A stretch of 52,928 nt of DNA from a virus (Duplodnaviria > Caudoviricetes). Below, one piece after another: positions 39,207 through 48,376 of the stretch. A program made the translations under genes and the position numbers. Every line of letters begins with the position of its first letter. The stretch's first letter is position 1. The stretch covers positions 1 through 52,928 of the IMG/VR virus record IMGVR_UViG_3300037419_000702, one strand, 5' to 3'. Below the pieces are notes generated by a model. That model worked only from the letters and a program-made list of their open reading frames with translations. It did not search any database and was not told where the DNA came from.

Positions 39207-39848
39207 CTATATAGAATCTGACCATTCGGCTACACGACCTCTGAAATTGTGAGTCAATCGAAGTCTTTTTATCCAAGGTTCGCCGTAGGAATGATCTACA
39301 TAAGGTTGGAATCCAGATTTACTTGGATCAGGTAAATCACATTGACGCATATTACCTATAAGAATTACTTTACAATTATCTGCACATCTTGTAAGTATCT
39401 TTCGCAACTGATGGAGTGTGAAATTTTGAACTTCATCAATGATGATAGTTTCATTCTCGTAGTTCACTCCTCGCTCATAGACGTGGCTTCGTGCTTCAAC
39501 CCAAAAGGTTCCGTTATTAATTTTCGTTGGATCATCTTTGAGTTTTAAGAGGGCTTGTTTTAAAGGGGCTAAGTAAGGAGCCTCTTTTTCGTTTAGTTCA
39601 CCCGGTAGAAACCCTAGTTCATCTTCATTAACTGGGGAAAAGATGTACCGTAGTCTTGCTTTACTCGATTGTGCTCGTAGTTTTGCGCCCATTGTGCTGA
39701 TAAAGGTCTTGCCTGTTCCTGCTTGTGCTTCCACGATGACTATTTGGATTTCTTCTGTTGGGGCTAGGATAGCTGTAAGTAGGTCATATTGCTCGTTTGT
39801 AATACGATCTCTAAATCCAAATAGCATACTGTCTTGTGGAATGGTCAT
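39207..39848 (-). CDS. phoH: PhoH-like ATPase
   Basis: AGTGKT, LGFLPG, RG, IIDEVQN, GNMRQCD. Confidence 0.88.
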   Translation of the reverse strand: MTIPQDSMLFGFRDRITNEQYDLLTAILAPTEEIQIVIVEAQAGTGKTFISTMGAKLRAQSSKARLRYIFSPVNEDELGFLPGELNEKEAPYLAPLKQALLKLKDDPTKINNGTFWVEARSHVYERGVNYENETIIIDEVQNFTLHQLRKILTRCADNCKVILIGNMRQCDLPDPSKSGFQPYVDHSYGEPWIKRLRLTHNFRGRVAEWSDSI

Positions 39849-39909
39849 TAACCGGGTCCCCTTTGCCGTAGACTTGTTATGGTAACTGGTATAGTTTCTG
39901 AACTATATC

Positions 39910-40506
39910 TTATTCGCTCGATGAACCTTTAGATTTCGCCTGTTTAGCTGCCTGTTCTTGTTGAGACTTCTTTTGTTCAAAAAGCTGTTGATTCTGTTCT
40001 ATCTTTTGTTGCCCATCCATCTGAGAGAGGTGGAGTTTTTGGACTTGGCTGGCTTGATCGAATTGATTCTTTTGTGCCTGTTGTTGCAATTTTAAGTCAT
40101 TTTCTTGCTGCTTATGTTGGAGGGTCATTTGGTGTTCGGCTGCTTTCATTTGTAATTCTTGTTTTTTCATTTCGATATCAGCCTGATGTTTCTGTAGGTC
40201 CATGTGCATTTGTAAAGCTGGATCAGGTTGATTCTGTGCATCGGCTAAAGTCTTGTAAGCTTGGCTGAGTGTGCTGATGGCTGTCGCCTGAATGCCCTTA
40301 TCCAAGTCCCGGTTTTGGATATTCTCAAGGATCAGTTGGATGATCGCTTGCTGCGCTTGCTCCGGTCCGGGTGGTTGGGGTTGGGGCTGGAGTGACTGGA
40401 TTTGACCGGGTTGCTGTAATTGCTGAAGCTGAGCCGGGTCGATTGCGCCTTTTGGGATTGTCAGTTGTTGCGCCATTCTAGGGTCTATCCTTGGATCGAT
40501 GCTCAT
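39910..40506 (-). CDS. Q-rich hypothetical protein
   Basis: GGAG RBS, coiled-coil composition. Confidence 0.7.
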   Translation of the reverse strand: MSIDPRIDPRMAQQLTIPKGAIDPAQLQQLQQPGQIQSLQPQPQPPGPEQAQQAIIQLILENIQNRDLDKGIQATAISTLSQAYKTLADAQNQPDPALQMHMDLQKHQADIEMKKQELQMKAAEHQMTLQHKQQENDLKLQQQAQKNQFDQASQVQKLHLSQMDGQQKIEQNQQLFEQKKSQQEQAAKQAKSKGSSSE

Positions 40507-41024
40507 TGTGTTATCACTCCTAGATATTCAAAATGTTTGCTTCTTAAATCTTCTACTGCTTTAATAGCATCTTCTTTATTCTTTGAAGTTTTATTGTACA
40601 CTTTACCATTAACTCTGACTTGCGAAACCCATCGTTGCTTTTTCTCATGCCAGTAAACTCCTCTATGTCCTGATTTGTTTGATGAGTATAAACCTTTGTT
40701 TTGCGCACTTTCCGACGGTTCAACTATACTTAGGTTGGACCTACGGTTATTCATTGGATTCCTATCTTTATGATCTACATACATCCTCTCAGGTGCATTC
40801 AACAAGTATCTGTGCAGTAGAACAGACCTTCTTTTTCCATTAACTGTAGGTAATGTTCCTCTAACATATACCTCATCTGTTTTTCCCGTATGCCCATTCC
40901 AAGATATACCTAAGTCAATAAGATGGTGCATATCTTCATTATCTACGAAGCAGTTATAAGTAGTTCCTCTAAAGTTGATGTAAAGTACAGCATGATCTCC
41001 TTTAAACTCATACCTATTTTCCAT
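40503..41024 (-). CDS. HNH-AP2 homing endonuclease
   Basis: LHRYL..VDHKDRNPMNNRRSNL; SGHRGVYW. Confidence 0.88.
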   Translation of the reverse strand: MENRYEFKGDHAVLYINFRGTTYNCFVDNEDMHHLIDLGISWNGHTGKTDEVYVRGTLPTVNGKRRSVLLHRYLLNAPERMYVDHKDRNPMNNRRSNLSIVEPSESAQNKGLYSSNKSGHRGVYWHEKKQRWVSQVRVNGKVYNKTSKNKEDAIKAVEDLRSKHFEYLGVITQ

Positions 41025-41425
41025 TATTGCACCCTTTCTGTTTTAGGTCGTTCTATCTGATGTAGAATTACTACCTTATTTTGATCTGATTGAGTCAATA
41101 GTCCTGACAACTCTACGATTTGTTTTGCTGCTTGTGTGTTACCTAGTAGAGCCTGAGCCTGTAGCGACTGGATCGCTTTTCTCTGACTTACCTGTATCTG
41201 CTGACCCATTTGCTGCTTGATGTACTGACCCGTGATATCTAGGGAAAGAAGCTCCTGCCACTGATTGCGGTTACCGATGTTGGTCTCGTTTTGGAGTTCT
41301 TCGGGTGATAAGTATAGGTACTGAAAGTCCTCTTGGAATGCAGACGCTAATCTTGCGATTAGGTCTTGCTTATCTAAGGGAAGTGATTGGAATTGCTTAT
41401 TTTTCTTGAGCATTTCTGTCAACAT
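41024..41425 (-). CDS. possible terminase small subunit
   Basis: Position upstream of terL; helical, GNTQAAK motif; assignment is positional. Confidence 0.4.
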   Translation of the reverse strand: MLTEMLKKNKQFQSLPLDKQDLIARLASAFQEDFQYLYLSPEELQNETNIGNRNQWQELLSLDITGQYIKQQMGQQIQVSQRKAIQSLQAQALLGNTQAAKQIVELSGLLTQSDQNKVVILHQIERPKTERVQ

Positions 41426-41672
41426 TTTGTTCTACCTCCGAAAACCGTTCTTCCTCTACTAGTTCCCAATCATCACGGAACATAAAACTAATGGTGTAAT
41501 CTAAATCGCTTGTATCGCGTATGTCTAGTTCCGTACTGTATCGAGTGCGAATGATAATAGTTCCTTTCTCTCCAAAACCATCGTCAGGTTTCCAATACCA
41601 ATACCCACCCCATTCAGGAAGCTTGATTTTGTGCCCTCTTTTAAGATAAGAATAAGCTGCTTGGAATTTCAT
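41397..41672 (-). CDS. DUF2829/Tad2-like protein
   Basis: MKF.AA..LK.G.K..PEW..and C-terminal DDWELV pattern. Confidence 0.6.
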   Translation of the reverse strand: MKFQAAYSYLKRGHKIKLPEWGGYWYWKPDDGFGEKGTIIIRTRYSTELDIRDTSDLDYTISFMFRDDWELVEEERFSEVEQNVDRNAQEK

Positions 41673-41829
41673 ACCCTGAATTTCCCCTTTCTTACCGTAT
41701 TTGTCCTATTAATCTATTAACTTGTCCTAATTATACCGTATTTTGGTAGAGTTGTCCATGAGAATACAGAAAAGAACTGTTTACCGTTTTTGAGCCTAAT
41801 GATATAATATAGTAAAGGAGGGGTCAAAA

Positions 41830-42312
41830 ATGAAGGTATTCGAAAATGGAGTTATTGTAGATGATAGCGTGTATGAATTTATCACTGACTTAAAGATATG
41901 GATGGGCATAGATAAACACGGATACGCAAAAGTAGTCATAGATAGAAAGTTTATTTATGTTCATCACCTAGTTTTGTCTAGAAAAAAGGGATTCGAAATC
42001 GACCATATAAACGGAAACCCATTAGATAATCAAAGGAAAAATTTAAGGTACGCTACACGATCCCAACAGTCTGTTAATAGAAAACGAATAAATAGAATAT
42101 CGGGCGGTTCATCTAAGTACAAGGGTGTGTATAAAGAAATTCGCAGATATAAAGAAAAGGAGTATATCTACTGGACAGCAAAAGTGAAAAAGGATAACAA
42201 AGTAGTATTTAAGAAATCTTTTAAAAATGAGCAAGAAGCAGCTAGGGCTTACGATGGGTGGGCTAAAAAAGTACATGGTGAATTTGCTGTATTAAATTTT
42301 CCTGATGTGTAG
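41830..42312 (+). CDS. HNH-AP2 homing endonuclease
   Basis: IDHINGNPLDNQRKNLR; SSKYKGV..AARAYD; own promoter TTTACC-17-TATAAT at 41780-41808. Confidence 0.9.
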   Translation: MKVFENGVIVDDSVYEFITDLKIWMGIDKHGYAKVVIDRKFIYVHHLVLSRKKGFEIDHINGNPLDNQRKNLRYATRSQQSVNRKRINRISGGSSKYKGVYKEIRRYKEKEYIYWTAKVKKDNKVVFKKSFKNEQEAARAYDGWAKKVHGEFAVLNFPDV

Positions 42313-42515
42313 GTATTCACGCATCAGGATTATTTTGTATTCAAGGGACTCAATTTTTGGTCCACCGTATAGGGGATTGCATAATATATAGGTGGGCTAG
42401 GAAGCGGTGCGTTAAGGTATCGTTTTTCTAGGCTACTCCCCATTCCAAAAGATACCCCTACCCCTATACCTATGAGCAGGTAGGCAGCTTGTCGAAAAAT
42501 GTCGAACGAAAATTG

Positions 42516-42622
42516 TTTACTGGACGGGCAATAGGGTGATACTATTTAGGCAACGGCAGGGAATACGGTATCAAAAAATAAATTGATAAGGTATCGACAA
42601 CCGGGAAATACCATGATACAAT
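42516..42622 (+). promoter_or_regulatory. tandem sigmaA-type promoters
   Basis: TTTACT-18-TACTAT (42516-42545) and TCGACA-17-TACAAT (42594-42622), both with extended TG and A-rich upstream tracts. Confidence 0.65.
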
Positions 42623-42628
42623 AAAGAC

Positions 42629-43272
42629 AGTTAAGAGATAAGGCGAGGTGATACGGCAACCTTAGGGTGTTTAGTCGGTCGGTTGGCTCTCTCCTAACTC
42701 AAGTAATACACTATCAAAAAGCGACCCTCCAAACAGCAAGACGGCAATAAGCCCACGGGTGATAGCGTGGCAGTAAGCCCAGTTCCCTCCTATCAAAGGC
42801 AGTAGAGTACCCAATGTATTACACTATCTAATTTTAATTCGATTAAGTAAGAAACCGCAGGACCAAAGGGATAAAGACCATTATCGAACGATAATCTAAG
42901 CGCGGTCCAATAGCTAGGTATGCCTAGAACTAGGGAATCAGTACGGGCTGAAAACGGGAGAGAAGCGACCTAACCTTTGCAATCGAATATTCCGGGGATC
43001 GTGACCCCATTATCAAAGCAAATCCGGGTAAAGACAATAACCCGGTCTATAAGCGAGGGCAGTCGGCTCGCTAGACGGTCGAAGATCGTTTCTAAGGGCA
43101 GTTCGCTGTACACCCTTCCTAGCATACTGGGAAGGTGATTTGAAAGGCGAGAAGGGCTATGAGACGGTCTGAGACGGTCGTAAGTTTTACCTTCCATCAA
43201 GTCCTTGACGGACGAACAAAAACTGGGGAGACAATGAAAAAATAAGCCCTCACGGGCTTGATGGATGGTAAA
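42629..43272 (+). ncRNA. candidate large structured ncRNA
   Basis: No credible ORF, many nested helices, G-U pairs favour the + strand, promoters upstream. Confidence 0.6.
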
Positions 43273-43448
43273 CAATCATTATACCACATAAAAACTCTAT
43301 TGTCATTAGAAAAAACTTATCAAAAAGTCTGTATTACAATCAAAGTATGCTTGCATTATACAACTATCCATTTCCCAGGGAGAGTAGTAGGGCAAAAAAT
43401 TTCCAATTTTGATAATATATTTAGTATATATATTTAATATATTTACTA

Positions 43449-43478
43449 TTGACTTTTTAAAAAATACACTGTTATAAT
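43449..43478 (+). promoter_or_regulatory. sigmaA promoter inside an inverted repeat
   Basis: TTGACT-18-TATAAT with TG. Confidence 0.65.
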
Positions 43479-43595
43479 TAATTTCAAGGAGGATCGAAAT
43501 AATATTATCAAAATCGGAAAATTTTCTCTGACCCTAAAGTCCACCAACCCGGACCAACCCAAAAATAGCGTATTCACTTAAACCGAATACGCCAA

Positions 43596-43991
43596 ATGCA
43601 ATACATCATCAAATTTAAAAAGGAGACGAATTACATGCAAAAGCACATCGATGTATTCTTTTATCTTAATTTATTTCGCAACAAACATTTGCCCGTAACG
43701 AAGGAAATTCATAGGCAATTACTTCAATCTTGGCTTGAAACACCAATGAATGATACTACTGCTGATCGAGTAGAACAGATATTCACCCAATATCCGCCCG
43801 ATAACACGCAAAAAGCGCGATGGCTACGTGACAATGGTTATTCACCCAGTTTTATCGGCAAATATCTTAATATTACTCCCGGAACTGTGAGTTATCATCT
43901 AGGGAGAAGAAATTCCGAGGAGTATATCAACGGTATTTTGCTTCAGTATTTGCAAAACATAAATCGTCCAGCATACAGAAATAATTACTAA
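43596..43991 (+). CDS. HTH DNA-binding protein
   Basis: GYSPSFIGKYLNITPGTVSYHL; may start at the later ATG after AAGGAG. Confidence 0.6.
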   Translation: MQYIIKFKKETNYMQKHIDVFFYLNLFRNKHLPVTKEIHRQLLQSWLETPMNDTTADRVEQIFTQYPPDNTQKARWLRDNGYSPSFIGKYLNITPGTVSYHLGRRNSEEYINGILLQYLQNINRPAYRNNY

Positions 43992-44119
43992 TACTGTATT
44001 TGTACATTTGTTTGAAAAATACGTTTCATCCAAACTGAATACATCGACTTTGAAACCGTATTACGAACTTTTTTGCGAATTACAAAGTCGATGTATTACA
44101 AAATACAGGAGGAACCCAA

Positions 44120-44374
44120 ATGATTAACTACCAACTAACCAAAGTCATGATCAGAAAGTCCGGCTTGGTCCTCGGTAAAAACCGCTTCGGTACGAGGTGG
44201 GTTGAAATCAAGCTAAACGGTAAAACCATCAAGCGTATCGATATACAGAAAGGGTGGGATCGCGTCCCTACACCGTCCGAGGAAGAACTGTACATTCAGT
44301 CCCATGATTTCCTAGCTTTAGAACAAGACAAATACCATGCAGCTAATTTTTACCCTAAAGAATACACTATCTAA
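44120..44374 (+). CDS. hypothetical early protein
   Basis: AGGAGG RBS. Confidence 0.7.
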   Translation: MINYQLTKVMIRKSGLVLGKNRFGTRWVEIKLNGKTIKRIDIQKGWDRVPTPSEEELYIQSHDFLALEQDKYHAANFYPKEYTI

Positions 44375-44412
44375 TTATAGTCAATACTAAGCATACAAAT
44401 TTAAATCACCAC

Positions 44413-44441
44413 TTGACATGCCATATGTCATGTGTTATGAT
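44413..44441 (+). promoter_or_regulatory. sigmaA promoter with heptads
   Basis: TTGACA-17-TATGAT; CATGCCA TATGTCA TGTGTTA. Confidence 0.75.
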
Positions 44442-44480
44442 TATCTCAAGAACAAGCAAGCCACTAATAACTAAGGAGAA

Positions 44481-44765
44481 GTGATTAAGATGGAAAAGAC
44501 ATACAACGGTTGGTCAAATTATGAAACATGGGTAACAAAACTTTGGATGGATAACGATTACCGCAGCTATAATTATTTCAAAGAAGAGGGTAGCAATTAT
44601 GAAGGTCACCCATATGAGTTTGCCGAACACATCAAAAATGTAGTTGAAGAAGAATTTATTCCTGAATTACAAACTGGATTGGCTAGTGACTTGTTGGGTC
44701 ATGCAATAGGAAATGTGAATTGGTACGAAATCGCTGAATCCATCCTAGATGATTTAAACAATTAA
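44481..44765 (+). CDS. conserved phage early protein (YNGWSNYETW family)
   Basis: YNGWSNYETW..VNWYEIA. Confidence 0.7.
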   Translation: MIKMEKTYNGWSNYETWVTKLWMDNDYRSYNYFKEEGSNYEGHPYEFAEHIKNVVEEEFIPELQTGLASDLLGHAIGNVNWYEIAESILDDLNN

Positions 44766-44859
44766 TCATGCTACCAATCCCCTAGCTTTAGGGGGTTGTA
44801 TGGATGATTAACACATCCAACAGTTATTAAAATTCTACGATAACTAGGGAGGAATTACC

Positions 44860-46707
44860 ATGTGCAGAGAAAACAAAGGTATGAGCGCAAACATTTTAAG
44901 TGAAAAGGAGTCTATGGATGTTTTAAGAGAAGAGTACCGGGAACACGCTGCCGACTGTTGTCCGTCTATTCCCAGCTTTGCCCAGCGTGTCGCTACATTC
45001 GATGAGATTGTAGGAGTATATCCTGTCATTCATGATCGTACAGAAAAAATAAGAGAGAGTATTCACAAATTGATTGATTTCTGTCGCTATAATAAAACTC
45101 AAGAAAGATTGACCTATCAAATGACTGATTTTTTGAGATGGAATTTACTTGAAAGAATCGGTCAAGAAGATTTTATGAACAACACGATTCCTAAAAACTT
45201 ATTCGATCAGTTGAAAGATGAAATCAAAAAACAAGAAAACATGGATAATTTTTATTTAGACGAAAAAGTGTTCGAATTAATTAAAAAATCAAGTCCAAAA
45301 CTATCTAATTTGATTCTTTCCCTAGCTAAATTCTATGAACCAAACGAGGACCCAAATAATAATCAAGTGGTCAAAGATTACAATGATCGCGGATCAAATA
45401 AAAATAACGAAATGGAAATGGTTATTAGTACGGAACCGCACCGCATTGCCGGGATGAGTGCCTTTGGCAAGTTCACTAGTTGTCAAGATTGGGTCCGTAA
45501 ACATCAAGGGCATGAGTATCACGATTACACTCATCAAGTATGGGCGAATTTGAAGGATGAAACATGCGGAATTATCTTCATTCGTCATACTGACGAAGAG
45601 TATGAAGTAGAGGATATGTACGCTCGTTCCCTCATTCGTGTGCTGGAATTGGAAAACGGTCATAAAGTATTCTACATTCATAAAATCTATGCAATTGCTC
45701 CGTATGATAAGTACCTTCAGGATTCAATCGAAGCATGGGTGAAAACTTTGCCCGAAAACTACCATGCGATACTTATGTATAAACACGATCGTTCTACTTA
45801 TGAAGGAATGAAAAACAAGCACGGCAAAACCTTTAAGTCGTCTTTTACTTCCGTCACTCATGAGCAAGATGCGTTAGTATGCTATGGAGAAGAGCGTCAA
45901 GAATGTGATTGCTGCGAGGGGAGTGGAACGGTTACTCAAGAGTATGAAAACGAAGTGGAAAGAGATTGTTGGTCTTGTGATGGATCGGGCTATATATGGG
46001 ATGATGATTTAGAGGAAAATGTAATGTGTCATAATTGCGATGGAGACGGGTACACCGTCGAAACAGAATGGCAAGAGGAAGAAGTAGATTGCGAAAACTG
46101 CGATGGATCAGGCTATGTACTAGATGATGAAAGAGAATACAGCCCATACAATGACCATACAAATTTCCTAGATTTAGAGTCCTATAAAGGAATCAAATTC
46201 CAAGTCCCCACAGCGATTTTAAAATGGGATGAAGAGGAAGAACCAACTAAACCAATCGACCGCCCAACCCCAACAGGAATATATCAAGTAGGAGATCGTG
46301 TCAAGCTTCGTGATGGATTGATAGTCGGTCAAATGTACGGTGGGATAATTATGTACGATGGAATGATGAACTACATGCATAAAGTTATGGAAATAAAATT
46401 GACTTCAACAGAAGGTGGGACTACTTACTATGGCTGTGGGTATTGGTATTCAGCCGAAATGCTGGAACCAGCCCCCATTCAAGAGGGAGACTATGTCCGA
46501 ATCCGTCACGATCTAGTGGTCGGTCAGATGTACAACGGCTTAACTTTCCAAGAAGCCATGAAACATAATCAAATTGTAAAGGTATTGAGAAAAGACAGTA
46601 ATGACACATTCAAAGTATATCATCCTCGAATAGATTGGTTATATTATGGAGTCGATATGCTTCAACCAGTGGCACAAAACGCTCGACAACTAAGGGAGGT
46701 TGTATAA
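44860..46707 (+). CDS. multidomain protein with DnaJ-type zinc finger and two C-terminal repeats
   Basis: Four CxxCxGxG motifs; repeats GDRVKLRDGLIVGQMY and GDYVRIRHDLVVGQMY. Confidence 0.75.
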   Translation: MCRENKGMSANILSEKESMDVLREEYREHAADCCPSIPSFAQRVATFDEIVGVYPVIHDRTEKIRESIHKLIDFCRYNKTQERLTYQMTDFLRWNLLERIGQEDFMNNTIPKNLFDQLKDEIKKQENMDNFYLDEKVFELIKKSSPKLSNLILSLAKFYEPNEDPNNNQVVKDYNDRGSNKNNEMEMVISTEPHRIAGMSAFGKFTSCQDWVRKHQGHEYHDYTHQVWANLKDETCGIIFIRHTDEEYEVEDMYARSLIRVLELENGHKVFYIHKIYAIAPYDKYLQDSIEAWVKTLPENYHAILMYKHDRSTYEGMKNKHGKTFKSSFTSVTHEQDALVCYGEERQECDCCEGSGTVTQEYENEVERDCWSCDGSGYIWDDDLEENVMCHNCDGDGYTVETEWQEEEVDCENCDGSGYVLDDEREYSPYNDHTNFLDLESYKGIKFQVPTAILKWDEEEEPTKPIDRPTPTGIYQVGDRVKLRDGLIVGQMYGGIIMYDGMMNYMHKVMEIKLTSTEGGTTYYGCGYWYSAEMLEPAPIQEGDYVRIRHDLVVGQMYNGLTFQEAMKHNQIVKVLRKDSNDTFKVYHPRIDWLYYGVDMLQPVAQNARQLREVV

Positions 46708-46708
46708 T

Positions 46709-47668
46709 ATGAAGAAACTAACGAAGCAATTATTCAAGCTACTACGTCTACATAGTCCAAGTGGGAAGGAATGGGCGGTCGCTCGTTACCTTCTCCCCAT
46801 TCTTCGAGATACGATGGACATTGTGACGGTCGATTCTCATTGGAATATTCTAGCAGAAAAGAAATATGGGCAGGATGATTACACCGTTTTACTATCGGCA
46901 CATATGGACACGGTAGCAAGTCATCCTCCCGTACCGAAATGGAGGAACAATAAGACTGAAATCTATAACATGGCAGGAAATGGAGCATTAGGAGGAGACG
47001 ATAAATGTGGTATCGCTGCACATTTGGCAGTTATTCGGGAAATGAACCGAGGAACTCAATTCACAGGAACATTAAAAGTCTGTTTTTCAAGAGAAGAAGA
47101 AATTGGATGTGTGGGGGCTTCAAAAGCAGTAAAATTAAATCCTGAATGGTTCGAAGGAATAAACGCTTGTATCGTGGTAGACCGAAAAGGATCGGACAAT
47201 ATCGTAGAATCATGTGGTAGCTGGGAAAGATTTTGTTCTCCCGAATATAGTGAGTTTTGGGCTGATATGGCTACCAAAACGGGATTTATGGGGATTATTC
47301 AGGATGGATCAATCAGCGATACGATGATTTTTAGTGAACTAGGGATAAATGGAGTCAATCTATCGGCTGGTTATTACCATGCCCATACAAGGGATGAGTA
47401 CATCCGTATCGATGAGTTGAAACGGACGGTACGATGGATTTTAAATGGTTTGGATGAAATCCAATCCCATCAATTCCCTAGTTTTGACTACGAAATGGCA
47501 ATGGCAAATAAATCATGGGGAGGATGGACTTGGAGTTTAAAGGACGATTCAACAATGATCGAATGCGATTGTTGTCTCGTTCAATTCCCTATCGAGCAAA
47601 TGTTTGACTATCATGGGCATGATGTTTGCTATAACTGTATAAACGATATTAAAGAAGGGACGATCTAA
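46709..47668 (+). CDS. M20/M28-family metallopeptidase
   Basis: SPSGKE, SAHMDTV, GGDDKCG, EEIGCVG, SD, YHAHT. Confidence 0.85.
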   Translation: MKKLTKQLFKLLRLHSPSGKEWAVARYLLPILRDTMDIVTVDSHWNILAEKKYGQDDYTVLLSAHMDTVASHPPVPKWRNNKTEIYNMAGNGALGGDDKCGIAAHLAVIREMNRGTQFTGTLKVCFSREEEIGCVGASKAVKLNPEWFEGINACIVVDRKGSDNIVESCGSWERFCSPEYSEFWADMATKTGFMGIIQDGSISDTMIFSELGINGVNLSAGYYHAHTRDEYIRIDELKRTVRWILNGLDEIQSHQFPSFDYEMAMANKSWGGWTWSLKDDSTMIECDCCLVQFPIEQMFDYHGHDVCYNCINDIKEGTI

Positions 47669-47671
47669 CCA

Positions 47672-47788
47672 ATGACTAAATTCGACCTATTCATGATCTC
47701 AGTCCTAGCCCCCATAGGTGCAGCCGTTTTCTTGGCTGTACTCTATGGAATGATGGTCCTAGCTGAGTTCGCCCGGTCATTCCAATAA
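47672..47788 (+). CDS. small membrane protein (38 aa)
   Basis: Hydrophobic ORF whose stop lies in an 8-4-8 site. Confidence 0.5.
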   Translation: MTKFDLFMISVLAPIGAAVFLAVLYGMMVLAEFARSFQ

Positions 47789-47827
47789 AATCGCCATTTT
47801 ATTCTGTTTTAGAGAGGGGACGAAGTA

Positions 47828-48172
47828 ATGTTGAAAGCCTTCTACACATACGATCCGGATCATGAACATTGTGAGATTGTTTTTGCAGGAAATCGAAATT
47901 TAGCAAGACAAAGTTGTGAAGCAAGAGATTGGTGCGACTATATAGATATAGGTGCAAGAAGATTACCACATTTCGATAAGTATGCAGAACAAGGGTATGT
48001 CCCTAAAGAAGAATTGCTTAAAGATGGTTGGTGGTTTGAGTGCATGGTACATCATTTCAGAGAGCAATTAAATAACAATAAATTATACTGCACGAAACAT
48101 GTTTATGAAGAAGATGCAGTTATTATCGAAGATAAAGTCATTTGCAAAGAGTGTGCAGAAAAGCTTCGGTAA
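47828..48172 (+). CDS. hypothetical protein (cassette)
   Basis: GAGGGG RBS; GWWFEC..CKEC; flanked by 8-4-8 sites. Confidence 0.7.
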   Translation: MLKAFYTYDPDHEHCEIVFAGNRNLARQSCEARDWCDYIDIGARRLPHFDKYAEQGYVPKEELLKDGWWFECMVHHFREQLNNNKLYCTKHVYEEDAVIIEDKVICKECAEKLR

Positions 48173-48199
48173 AATCAACATTTGATTGGAGTTGAAGTT

Positions 48200-48337
48200 T
48201 TGATAACTGTATATTGTGGTTGGTGCAACAATACATTTATAGGCAAAAAAGAGGATTTCAAAATTTTAATCCACGAACTTGACGGTGAGTGTGTAGAGTG
48301 TCCGAATTGCAAAGGACATTCTGAAATATTTCGATAA
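48200..48337 (+). CDS. small zinc-ribbon protein (45 aa, cassette)
   Basis: GGAG RBS, TTG start, CGWC..CPNC; flanked by 8-4-8 sites. Confidence 0.55.
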   Translation: MITVYCGWCNNTFIGKKEDFKILIHELDGECVECPNCKGHSEIFR

Positions 48338-48376
48338 ATTCAACATTTTCTCGGCTTTTGAAAGGGGAGAGGTATA

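Noticed and set aside
42970-43275. 101-aa - strand ORF
   Set aside because: No RBS or recognisable motifs; it lies antisense to the structured RNA candidate.
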